In this document: piece after piece, positions 11,912-23,090 of the stretch
Numbering within the stretch: the first letter of the stretch is position 1
How the letters are laid out: each line of letters opens with the position of its first letter
Source: Callorhinchus milii
Lineage: Eukaryota
Assembly: GCF_018977255.1 (NCBI RefSeq)
Contig: NW_024704743.1
Span: 7,380,001-7,444,000, forward strand
DNA length: 64,000 nt
Reading direction: 5' to 3'
Made by a program: the position numbers and the translations under genes
The notes under the pieces: model-generated
The model's input: only the letters and a program-made list of their open reading frames with translations
The model's database searches: none
What the model was told of the DNA's origin: nothing

Positions 11912-12452
11912 AAACTTACTTGTGTAAACTTATCTGTGTAACTTATGACTAGAGTACTAGAGTCTAGAACACATTGGGCTGGTAAAGGTTTAGAAACCTA
12001 AAAGATAAATGAAACTCACAGTTGATATGTGTCTAGAATAAGACAAAACTTCACAAAATGAGTTATTTGGAAATTTAATGGCTGTTTTGTGGGGAGTAAC
12101 TGCACCTATATGGACTTCTGTTCTATGGAAGATCATTTCAGTGTTTGTTTTGTCCTCTCTGTTTATTCCTGCGCTATAGTTGGTCATATGAGGCTATATA
12201 TTTCTAGTGTACAAAAGGTAGCCTTCAGGACACTGGTGATATTAGAAGAAAGCGCTATCCAAAAGAGCATGTAGCAAACCGGGCAGCACTTTAGCATTAC
12301 CAGTTTAAGCCACAAAATGCACACAATCACACCACTTTGAATGTATCGTGTGAAGAGACATCTTGTTGATGTGATATGGCACCATATCAGATGCAATGTT
12401 TTTGACACTCCTAATATTTCATAATGCTGAAAATATTTTTTTCACTTTGCAG

Positions 12453-12776
12453 GGAAGAGAGCAGAACAAGCCTGAAGTGAGTCCTTTGCATATTCAGAAT
12501 CCATTTGAGCAGAGTTTAAATGTGAGCAAGAATGTGAATCAAACACAGCTGGACAAGTTTGTGAAAGCAGCTAGAGAAAGTGCCTGGATATTACAGCAGG
12601 AAGGAATGAACCACTCCACCACAAAGAGTGAACACTGGGGCCTGGCAACTTTGCTTATTCCTTCCACACAAGTGTCTGAAGGCAAGGGTAGAAAGAAAAG
12701 GCGAGAACCAGCTAGTGAACGGATCAAACATTTGTTGGAATCGTTAAAGAGGACAAACAGACAAGTAAAAATGTAA
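12453..12776 (+). CDS. MTPAP: MTPAP last coding exon (stop TAA 12774-12776 as assembled; see frameshift finding)
   Basis: ttcactttgcag| acceptor, phase 0. Translates [50 protein letters not shown]...[10 protein letters not shown]...IKHLLESLK, matching the MTPAP C-terminal region. Confidence 0.95.
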   Translation, partial: GREQNKPEVSPLHIQNPFEQSLNVSKNVNQTQLDKFVKAARESAWILQQEGMNHSTTKSEHWGLATLLIPSTQVSEGKGRKKRREPASERIKHLLESLKRTNRQVKM

Positions 12777-13325
12777 ATAGGCCAAACAATGGTCGAAGGG
12801 ACTTCTGTACTGTCGCACGTTAGAGACTCCCAATAAGGAACAAAATTATGTGACTCCAAGTCTGAACATCGTTCGGCCACAGTAAAACACCAGTATATTG
12901 GAAACCTCAGATCTTGATTAATATAACCAGGTGCCAGAAAGACATCAGTGAACTGTTTTGAAATATTTAACCTATTCACTTGTGCTTTTCTGTACGTTTT
13001 AATTTAGTCTTTAACCAGTAACACTTTAAATGTGTGTGTCTTGTCAAAGTGAAAACCAATTTCAAATCTTATCTGAATTTTTTTAAAAATGGGGTTGTGT
13101 GCATTCTCTATTGTGTGCAGTACACTATTTGATCAATACCATGTTTTAACTGAGTAGCAATTGACATGGACAGCATTATTACTGATGAGGACCGTTAAAT
13201 GGTAGTGACCTGGAACTGAATAGTTGGCCGAAACTATAGAGACCATCCATTTCTGCTTTACTTATCTAAAATTATACATTTCATATGTTTGCCCAGACTA
13301 TTTTTAAAAGAACCGAAGAAGAATT

Positions 13326-13436
13326 ACTTGCAGATGCTGGAAATCTGAAATTAAAACTGAAAACATGTTTCTGATGAAGAGTCACTCCTGAAATGTTCAC
13401 TGAATGACTTGCTGAGCATTTTCTGGGTTTATTTTT
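13326..13436 (+). mobile_element. Degenerate second copy of the Penelope-type foldback
   Basis: tgcagatgctggaaatctgaaa 5' motif shared with 8194; CTGATGA at 13371-13377, GAAA at 13390-13393; ends gctgagcattttctgggtttattttt. Confidence 0.55.
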
Positions 13437-16400
13437 AAGACTTCTGAGAAGGTTTTATGTTTTGATTATTAGTACAGCAGATACATGATACAGCAGATAC
13501 ATAATAATAATAATAATCCTTGCATTTGATATAGCGCTTTTCACGTCGGGAGGACGTCCCAAAGCGCTTCACAGAACACATGAAATTAAAAGCAGTAGAG
13601 TATTGATCAGTAAACATTTGCACCCTTCTTAAGCATTTTGAGTCCTTTGCAAGTGTTTCCCATGTGGACTTTTGCTCATGAAGACAATTTATGGTTGTGC
13701 AAAATGAGCATCTTGTTCAGAGTGACCTTTGGAACCTCTATTTGGGTGTGGAATTCGGGTAAAAAGCCAATTGTGTTTTTAAAATGATCTTAAACCTTCC
13801 CTCAAAACAACCAACACAAACTGCTTTGTTTGACTATATAACACAAAGGCTAGTTTACTCAGCGCTGTGCAGCTGAGCTGAATTCAAACAGTACAACTTC
13901 CTCATCCAGATCAGTTTCTGAAAATGAATTGTGTCTTTTTGTTTATTTCGTATTGTAGAAGGGAAAGAAAACCACAGTCAAATACTGTACATCATTTGCA
14001 AAAGCAATCATATGAAAATTAAGTAAGTATGTCCTACATGCAGTAATAGGCATCTTTAGAAGTGCAGCTGGACTGGACAATTAGGGTGTATGAAGTATGA
14101 AGTATGTTAATAATAACCTTTGCATTGTCTTTTCAAGTGAACGTTAAAGATCTCATTGCACGCTTTGAAGAGAGAAGGGACTTGGAGTCCTGGCCAACAA
14201 TCCCACACACACAATTGGGCATTCACTTCAAATGAGCACCTTGTTCAGAGTGGCTGTTTATGGGATATTGCTGGATGCACATTCACTGCTGCATTTGCCT
14301 ACATAAATACACTGTATAATGAATCCCGTGAAGCTCTTTGAGATGGTCTTCCAAGTGCCAGGTGCAAGAATTATTATTTATTTGATATAAGGCCCATAAC
14401 TTATTGAAACTGCACTCTATCTATTTCACCTCTAGACATCCTTACTGCAATGGGGCATCCAAAAACTGAATATATCCCCTAACTGCCTAGACTAGTAAAG
14501 AATTCCTGACATGGGGCTTGTAAAGCAGTCTGGAATGTGAAATTGACTCAAATTATATTAAATACCCCCAGAGATTTCTACAAATATTCTGTAGAAATTA
14601 CCAATATTTTCTGCAGATTTCCACTCACCCAAGTCATGCAACTGGTATTTGAAGCAGAAATGATGAGTTCTGGGGTTTCTGCAGTTCTCCAATTGAGGGA
14701 GAACTAGCCCAAACAGGAAACCGCACATCATACAGCATATCAAGTCTGCAACTCCCTACTTCAAGTACTGTATTGCCAAACGTTCCCTTCTAAATCCCTT
14801 CAGTGCAAATCCCTGGTATGGTGCCATTAGTATTAAATCCCTGGCAGAATCCACTATGAAGATTTTGAGAACCTTTTCCACAGCCCTTTACCTTAAAATC
14901 ATTCCAGACAGTGGGGGCAGAATGGCTGAAAGTCGATGGTGGAGTGGAAAGCGTGGGAGACATGAAGCCAGGCTGGTGGGCATGGGGCGAAGGGAGTGGT
15001 GAGGTTGATGAAGGTTAGAGAGGTAGGGTGGAGAGAAACTACGGAGATTTAAAGATGACGTTCCAGCAGTATCACTAACCAATTCCTGAGAAACCTGAAG
15101 TCAAAATCATTCAATGACAGATCACTAGAAAAAAACAAATATGAGGTAATTCTCCAGAAATTTTACTTCTGCCTCAAGGCTTCTCTCCTTTACACTCCTG
15201 TCCCAGCCTCTTCACTAAGAAGGGTCTAGCTGTTTGAACGAGTTTTGGGACGTCCTCCCGACATGAAAGGCGCTATACAAATGTAATGTTCAGCGTCAAT
15301 TTTACCCAGAGTCAAGGAAGATCGATCAATCGAAAAATTCATTTGTGATTTCAAATTGGAGATTCTATACTTTAATTTTTTTTAATGTATGAGAGTTTTC
15401 CTGGTATGTGAGGTTAGAAGCTGAATAGGATAGGATCATGGACCTTGTAAAGGTATACGATAAGACAGGATAAACCTGGGTTTCTAGCCCATGTTTATCC
15501 TGAATTGTTTACGGATCACCCAATAAAACAGAATCTGCTTGTTTATAAGGCATCGATTTGGAACATAGTGTTAAAGTTTGAGTTTTTAATGAGTTTAAAG
15601 TTTGAATTTTACAATTTCATTCCCCAACAAATTCAGTTCAAGATCCTCGTTCTTATCTTCAGATCCCTCCATGATCTCGCCCCAGCCTATCGCTGTGCCA
15701 CACCGACTCAGCCATCCCCTTCGCTCAGAGATTAATTTTTCTTCAGCCGCGTCCTGACAGCGGAAACCCATCAACATGCCTAAGAGTAACCAAACTGGAG
15801 TCCTTCCAACTCGATCCCTCCCTCATTGAAGGCACATGTAAAAATATTATTTGACTGGGCCATTGGTCATCTTTCTCCACTATCACACCGCCCCCCCCCA
15901 CCACCCATCACTTAAATGGGGATCATAAGAAACTTACCTAGATGTGTCTGCAAATGACACACATTCACAATCATTTAAAAACAGGGTTGTGCTGCAGAAA
16001 CGTGAGAAAGATACACCATTTATTTGGGGATTGTCATGTCCACAGTTTCCTCTTCTGACCTGCGATAAAATATTTCAGCCAAGACAAAACACATCTGCAG
16101 CTTCTGGACTCAATCTAGTGCAAATTCACTAAAACCAGTAGACCACACACGAGTGGCTCAGTCCATGTCAGAAGTGATTTTGTGCATCATGGAGATGTAC
16201 CCAGGCTGTCAGTCCTCGACTAGAGATCGCCTGGAGCAGCAGCAGAATGTTGCTCACACTTCAGGCAGACCCAATGTTAGGCCAGGAACATGAGACAGTG
16301 CAGCTGCAATCAGTGAAATTCTGTGTCAATCCAAAATGTCTATGGAACTGTCTCCTGACTATGTCCCAGGAAATATCACCACCTGACTCTTTCTGGTTTC

Positions 16401-16689
16401 CATAATTGAAGAACAGAGTTAACCATCACCCTGTGAATCAAGGCTAGATGTCCATCACACCACAGAAAGCCTAGAGGTGTGTTCTCTCAGCAAGAAAATT
16501 GTCCTGCATTGTCTTCAGCTGAACTATATTTTGAAGATGGCGTTCTGTAAGTTTCGTTTAAGAGCTACAGAAAATCAGCTTTAAAATTGAGTTAAAAATA
16601 CCGAATTCATTCAATTTCCGAATTCTGGAATTCCAAAAAGCTATGTAAAATGAGTATATCTACAAGTATTTTGATCTTCAAAAAAAAAC

Positions 16690-17035
16690 AATAAATTGGC
16701 TACTCAACCACGGCTGTTTGTGGGACACCTCTGTGCACAATTGGCTGCCGCGTTCGCCCACAAATATACAGTCAATTCACTTTACAATGTGTTCTGTGAA
16801 GCGCTTTGGGACGTCCTCCCGACGTGAAAAGCGCTATATCAAATGCAAGGATTATTATTATTATTATTATTACTCAACCACGGCTGTTTGTGGGACACCT
16901 CTGTGCACAATTGGCTGCCGCGTTACACCCACAAAATATACTGTCAATTCACTTAACAGTATATTCTGTGAAGCGCTTTGAGACATCTTGAAGACGTGAT
17001 AAGGCGCTATATCAAATGCAAGGATTATTATTATC
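16690..17035 (+). mobile_element. Two tandem 5'-truncated Deu SINE bodies
   Basis: Core plus tail repeated with a 170-bp offset, each ending atcaaatgcaaggattattatt. Confidence 0.85.
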
Positions 17036-17920
17036 TAAACTCAGGGCAATTTCTCCCTGTGTGTGCTTTCAATGGGAAGGCTCTGGGCTCTCAAGGGTTA
17101 AGAGAAAAAACAAACTCCAGGGTATATAGGAAAAGCCTAAAACACCAGATAGAGAAAGGCACTTAAAATGTTCGTGCGTAAATTGAAAACAAAGAATAGC
17201 AGAAGACAAAGACAGACTGTACCGGGAATCAACAGAATTCCTGTCAATTACCACACAGGGATGCAGAATAGCATTTGAAACAACATCCCCTGTGAATCCT
17301 CAATCCAAAGCAAAGAAACTTAAAGATAATGGGGTCCCCAAAAGCACTGCAACAGGAGCCAACATACAGCAAAACATAGGCTCTCATGAAGGGGAAAACA
17401 ATAGATTCCAAACCAGACACGAGAAAAACGGAGATTAAAAGGGGAGCATTGCCACAGAACAAGAAATCGGAAATTTCTTTTCTGTTTGCTTGCAAAGGCA
17501 CAATGTGACGACATAACTCGTCTGAGAATGCATCATGACAATGCACCTCCCTGACAAAAGCGACGCACGGTTCTTCTGGCTCTTCTCCCTCCCTCCCCAG
17601 TTAGTTACTGCTGATCAAAGACTTCTTCGCAAAGACACTTTAAATAAGACAGGAAAGCAGATATTTCAATAGGGACGGCCAGGAAGAAATTTGCATCATT
17701 TAATTAACGCTGTTTCGGTTTTATGACTAAGTTTCAATGTGGGATGAGGCGAATCACTGAAAAGAAACATAACAGATGCACGTAAACATAATAAAGGTCA
17801 GTGTCTGTTCAACAACAAGGGACGGTGAATGTGTGAAGTAAAGACAATATGCAACTAGTGAGTGATGGATCCAGGCAAAGGTTTCCTCAGGATAAACAGC
17901 AATCGAGAAGTGGTTCAGTT

Positions 17921-18380
17921 GAGAGGGGGAGAGCTTCAGAGTGAGAGGGTGGCTTCCGTAATGAAGGGTGCGGTTTCAGCTGTGACAGGTGTGGCTTTAA
18001 TGAGGGAGCGGCTTTAGCTGTGAAGGGTGCGGCTTTAGCTGTGAAGGGTGCGGCTTTAGCTCCGAAGGGAGCGGCTTTAGCTCCGAAGGGAGCGGCTTTA
18101 GCTCCGAAGGGAGCGGCTTTAGCTCCGAAGGGTGCGGCTTTAGCTCCGAAGGGTGCGGCTTTAGCTCCGAAGGGTGCGGCTTTAGCTCCGAAGGGTGCGG
18201 CTTTAGCTGTGAAGGGTGTGGCTTCAGAGTGAGGAAATGATGTCATTGCAGAGCGTGGTTTGCACCATGAGGGAATGACATGGAGAGTGGCTGTAATAGT
18301 GAGGGGCGATCCTTCAATAGTCCGAGGAGTGGCCTTTGTAACGAGGGATGTGGCTTCATTATCGAGGGAAGTGAGGGGTC
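17921..18380. repeat. 21-bp minisatellite (core 18022-18231, about 10 units of GAAGGGWGCGGCTTTAGCTCC/GT) with degenerate flanking units
   Basis: Units start at 18022, 18043, 18064, 18085, 18106, 18127, 18148, 18169, 18190 and 18211. Confidence 0.95.
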
Positions 18381-18741
18381 GAGGTCCATAGTGCAGAACG
18401 TTACCAAGGTCAAAGGTAAGAGAGGGGATGACGTGAATTGGCAGTGGTGGTTATTGAAATGCCAAACTGGAGTTTACAAAACTATAAATTGTCTAAGAAA
18501 TGAGAATTCCTGAGATATTTATTGGAATGGATCACACTCTCTCCCTGAGTGATGCATCTTGCTTTCCTAATTCTGGAGCGTATTAGGCACAGGTTGGCAA
18601 GAGTCGAGGCTTGGGGACACTGTTGTGTGCGTTGGGGTTACTGCTGAGCTTAACCGGTTAAAACCACCTACCTTTCCTTTGAAAGCACTGTCTGGCAAGA
18701 TTTCCTGCTGCTTGTCCAGCTAGGGCTTTGAATGGCAGGAT

Positions 18742-19110
18742 TAACAACAACTTGCACTTATATGGCGTCCTTCATGTGGGCAATGTGTCGGATCACTTAA
18801 CAGTGATGGAGCCTGACTCTGAGCCGGTGGGAGGGTGACAGTAAACACAGTCAAAGAGGAAGGTCTTCAGTCGTGTCTAAAAGGAGGGGGCGAGGCGGAG
18901 GGATTGAGGGAGAGAGTTTCATGCTTCAGGGAGCAGCGGCTGAAAGTGCCGCTGCCGATGGTGGAGCAGAGGGGACGAAGCACAGGCAGGAGGCCAGCGC
19001 CAGCTGAGCCGAGGCAGCAGGTAGGGGTGTGGGGAGAAAGCAGGTCATAAAGGTAGGGAGGTGCCAAGGCATGAAGGATTTGAAAGGATCTTGAAATTCA
19101 TCCGGTCAGG
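18742..19110 (-). mobile_element. L2 3' fragment
   Basis: aacaacaacttgcacttatatggcg tail; - strand APPYLYDLLSP..TIGSGTFS remnant of the L2 ORF2 C-terminus. Confidence 0.7.
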
Positions 19111-20359
19111 AAGTTTGAGCTCATCCAGGCCTTGATTCTAACAGGAGCTGAGTGGGAAGAGTCCCGGGTCCATCTGCCGAGCCATCGAGCAAAAGGAAAG
19201 AGGAGTCAAAGAGATACAGAAGTTTACAATGTAATTTACATTTTGCTTTGAGATGTCCTCCCGATGTGAAAGATGCTGCATCAAATTTAAGGATTGTTAT
19301 TGTTAGTGATAAAAACAAATTATTTCAGGAATCTCCGCAGTCCCACTGAGAAACCTCCCCGACAGTGCTTATGGCCACCTCCCCCTTCCCCCAGAGGCAG
19401 AGGTAGGTATCCAATATTGCACTGAGTGTCAATCAGACTAGTATTTGACATATTTAAGAGGAAACAATGTGGGAGAAGCAATAGAGGTGTATAGAAGAGG
19501 GGAACGCACCTACCTTTCCCTTCTCTCCGTTGCTTTGTGTCTGAGCCCATCCTTTGTAAAGTGTTCCAAGATATTATCCTATGTGAACGATGCAATATAA
19601 ATGCAAGCTCTTGTTGACGACAAGGAGGGGTGGGGGGGTTGTGTGACAAATAAACACCACTAGGACTAATTGGGCTGAATGGCCTGTTTCTATGCCATAT
19701 CAAAGGATGTAACCCTCTTTGTAAATCAACCGGATTTCCAGGGGCTGGGAGACTATCACCTATTCAATGGATTTGGGTTGTGAGTGGTGTGGGAAGACCA
19801 AGGGGGAAACAAAATATATGGGAAGAACAGTGTATAAATAAAATGAGTCTCTCTCACTCCCAAAATCGGGCAATTAATTCTGCCCTCTAAAATGCAATCC
19901 AAATTATATTTATATAGTGCCTTCAAGTCAGGAGAATGTCCCAAGGTAGTTAACAATCCCGTCTTGGCACCCAAGTCGGGCTAGGAGCCAATGTGGGGGG
20001 ACGGTGGGGAGAAGAGAAAAGATGACCGAACTTATGGTCAAAGAGGAAGGTCTTGAGATGGACCTTGAATGAGGTGACGGAGGGAGTGTAGTGTAAACAG
20101 GGAGGAATCCTAGCACCAGGCTTCTGCACCGCTGTCTCTTCTTGAACTTTAGGGAAAATAACAAAGGAATTTAATGTCATATCTAAATTCAGTCACAAGG
20201 TGGAGCTAGAACAGTGTGCAACTCCGAGGCAAGTTATGGTAATTCAGACAGCATTACCTGATGATCAGAATTGGATACACCACTTCCCTTCTGTGATGCA
20301 TTTCAGTGCTCTGGATGTTGCACACTGTACTCCCCTGCCTTGGTGCAGACGGTTTGATT

Positions 20360-20702
20360 TTGGAGTCCCATAACGAGAGGACCCTGATTTGATTCCCAGG
20401 TGGGGCGAAACCTTAAGCATGGTTCCTTACTCAGCATGCCTGTTTATTTAGCAGTAAGTAGGAATCCGGTTGTTAGTTGATAGGTGGATCTCTTTCCGGG
20501 GTAATAATCACTCCAAAAATAATTTTAAATTTGGTCACTCAATCTACGACTGTTTGTGGGTCACTGCTGTGCGCATATGACTGCTGAGTTTCACCCACAA
20601 AATATACGGTCAATCCACTTTACAATATATTCTGTGAAGTGCTTTGAGATGTCTCATTGATGCAATAAGGTGCTATATCAAATGCAAGGATTATTATTAT
20701 AT
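20360..20702 (+). mobile_element. tRNA/Deu SINE, older long variant
   Basis: Degenerate head, extra internal segment gtttatttagcagtaagtaggaatcc, Deu core and (ATT)n tail. Confidence 0.8.
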
Positions 20703-22171
20703 TTTACACCTGCCTATCATATCACATCACGTAACTGTGTTCTTGTTGCCTGCCTCGTGATCCCTTGTAAGTTTCTCCCTGGGTCCTGGTCAGTAAATCC
20801 CCTGATAAAATGGGTCATTCACTTCATGGCTATTGTGGGACATTGCTCTGCACAGATTGTCCATAGCGTTTGCTTACAAATACACTTTACAGTAAATCCT
20901 AGGAAGCACTTTGAGACATATTGATGTGATAAACACAATATCAAAGGCAGGAATTATTATTGTAATCAATCTTTCCAGACAGCAACAAGTAACAGTAACT
21001 ATCCCTGTGACTCCCAAGTAATGTAATTTTCCACTCAATCATATAATTTTAGCCTGACTATTTTTCTCTTTCCCTGGGTTAATTCAAAGACTTTCCCGTT
21101 AGTTATTCATGCCCCATTAATTTTCAAGATATATCTGCAGCACATTAATGTACATCAATACAGGTCAAACAGTCAGAACAAAACAATATCATGTTATTGA
21201 GGAGTGGGGGTCCCACGAGATTGGGATGAGGAGTCGGGGACTAGTGGGAAAATTTGTGAGCATCGCAAAATATCTGACAGGTTTGGAGTGCTCAGAAATG
21301 TTTGAGGTTGATAGCAGACGCCAGAATGAAAGTGCTTTATTCCCTGCACTGTCATTCATTGTACTTGAAGAAGCATTCCTCAGGGAAGCAGAGGAGTTAA
21401 TGGTGTAAAAAAATGCCTTGTGATGTAAACTACGCTTTCTGCAGGAAAATTTCTGTACAACACGTTAACAAGTGTGGTCTCAGTTCTGAGATCATCATCA
21501 TCAGGTTTGAGCTGAGGTCTAGAGTCAGTGTCACATTCCGACAAGGAATTCGTAAAACAAAATCCATTTTATGTTGTGAGCTTTGAAGAGCCTGTAATAA
21601 AATAATCCTTTTTTTGTCAGACGAGTTTCTGATACATGCAGAAAAATATCACCATGGTTAAGAGTTTTCAAACCAGGCTGTGAGTTCCATGCATCCCACC
21701 TACACATTGAAATTCCTGTGTTTGAAATAGAACGTGCAGTATCTCCCCAGAGGGATGCATCCTGCTTACCTAATTCCAGTACTAGGCGCATGTTGGCATG
21801 AGCCAAGGCTTAGGGAACCAGAATTTGCATTGTAAAAGTAACTTGATTTCAGAATTTGAATGTAACCTCTGTTTCCTGTGGAGTGTATTTGGTCAATCTC
21901 AGCCCCATTACATGTAAGTGAAAGACCATTGCCCTTGAATTAAAATTGGCAGTTTAACACAGGGACACTGGTGGGGGAGTCGGAAAATATCAGTGATCTA
22001 GTTGGGTTTGAGACTGAGATCCATTGTTGGGAGGGATGGAAACTAACTGAGCTAAGCCTGTTCTGGGAATGTTTAATTATAGTGTCAGATAGGAATGTTT
22101 CTCAGTATTTTGACAAGCAACAATTCACCGATAAAAGTATTTCCTATCCATTTAAGTTACTACGAGCTGTC

Positions 22172-22435
22172 AATTGGTTCAGTTAGTAGCACTGTTGCCT
22201 TTGGATCATGAAGTTGAGGGCTCAAGCCCTATGTCAGGACTTGGAGCTCACTTTCTAGGCTGTCACATCAACACAGTCCTGGGTATTGTCAAACGTGTCG
22301 TTCTTTGGGTGAGACATGTAAAGCAAGGTCCTGCCTGCCTGTTCATGTGGATATTAAAGACATCACAGCACTTATTCCAAAAGAGAAGGGAGATTCTCTT
22401 GGTGTTCTAGAAAATAATCCACCAGATGAATTGAT
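22172..22435 (+). mobile_element. Older tRNA-head Deu SINE of a second family (SacSINE1-like)
   Basis: ttcagttagtagcact..gaagttgagggctcaagccc..ctaggctgtcac..gagacatgtaaa..cctgttcatgtggatattaaaga. Related copies near 39575, 47285, 47710 (-), 57855, 62415 and 24830 (-). Confidence 0.65.
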
Positions 22436-22439
22436 CTTC

Positions 22440-23090
22440 TGCTTTGACCTGGGCTCTCTCTGCATTATTGTTCTCCTTGATCTCTCTGCTGCCCTTGACA
22501 CTGTTGACCACTCCATCCTTCTCTGCTCCCTCTCCTCTCTGCTCTACCTTCACGTTTTTTCCTGGTTTCACTCCTATCTACCCCACTTTACCGCAGCACA
22601 AGGCTTCTTGTCTAACTCCCACACAGTCACATGTGGCATTCCTCAGGTCTCTATCCTAGGTCCTCTTCTCTTCACCATCTATATGCTCGCACTCGGTGAC
22701 ATCATCTGCAGACATGGGGCTCACTTCCATATATATGCGGGTGATATCCAACTCTATCCGTCTGCTCCATCCACAACTCCAGGACCACTGTTGTTCTACC
22801 AGATTGCCTAACTTACATCAAGTCCTGGATGAGCTCTAACTTTGTTGAGTTATATGTGGACAAGATAGAGGCTCTCCTGCTTGCCTCCTGTCCCGTCAAG
22901 CTGCATAGATTCACACTCCACCTCATGGAGCCAGTGCAAAACCTCGGTATCTTGATCGACTCCCAACTGCCTTTGAAACCACATATCAGTGTTAATACCG
23001 GCTTAGTTTTCCTGCTCCCACCACAACCTCTTCCCTCGGGCTGCCAAGACTCTCATTCATGATTGTATCATATTCAGACTTGATTAATCC
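22440..23090 (+). mobile_element. Degenerate L2 RT fragment
   Basis: [23 protein letters not shown]...GIPQVSILGPLLFTIYM...FHIYAGDIQLY (decayed YADD motif). Confidence 0.85.

Noticed and set aside
12539..12979. 146-aa antisense ORF over the last MTPAP exon
   Set aside because: Shadow ORF of a real exon and UTR with no independent evidence.
18022..18231. Regularly spaced repeats as a CRISPR-like array
   Set aside because: Head-to-tail units with no unique spacers, in a vertebrate genome.
17887..18246. 119-aa ORF of AKAAPFG repeats (and the KGAALAP ORF on +)
   Set aside because: Open frames follow from a stop-free 21-bp unit; no synonymous-site pattern or splice context supports coding.
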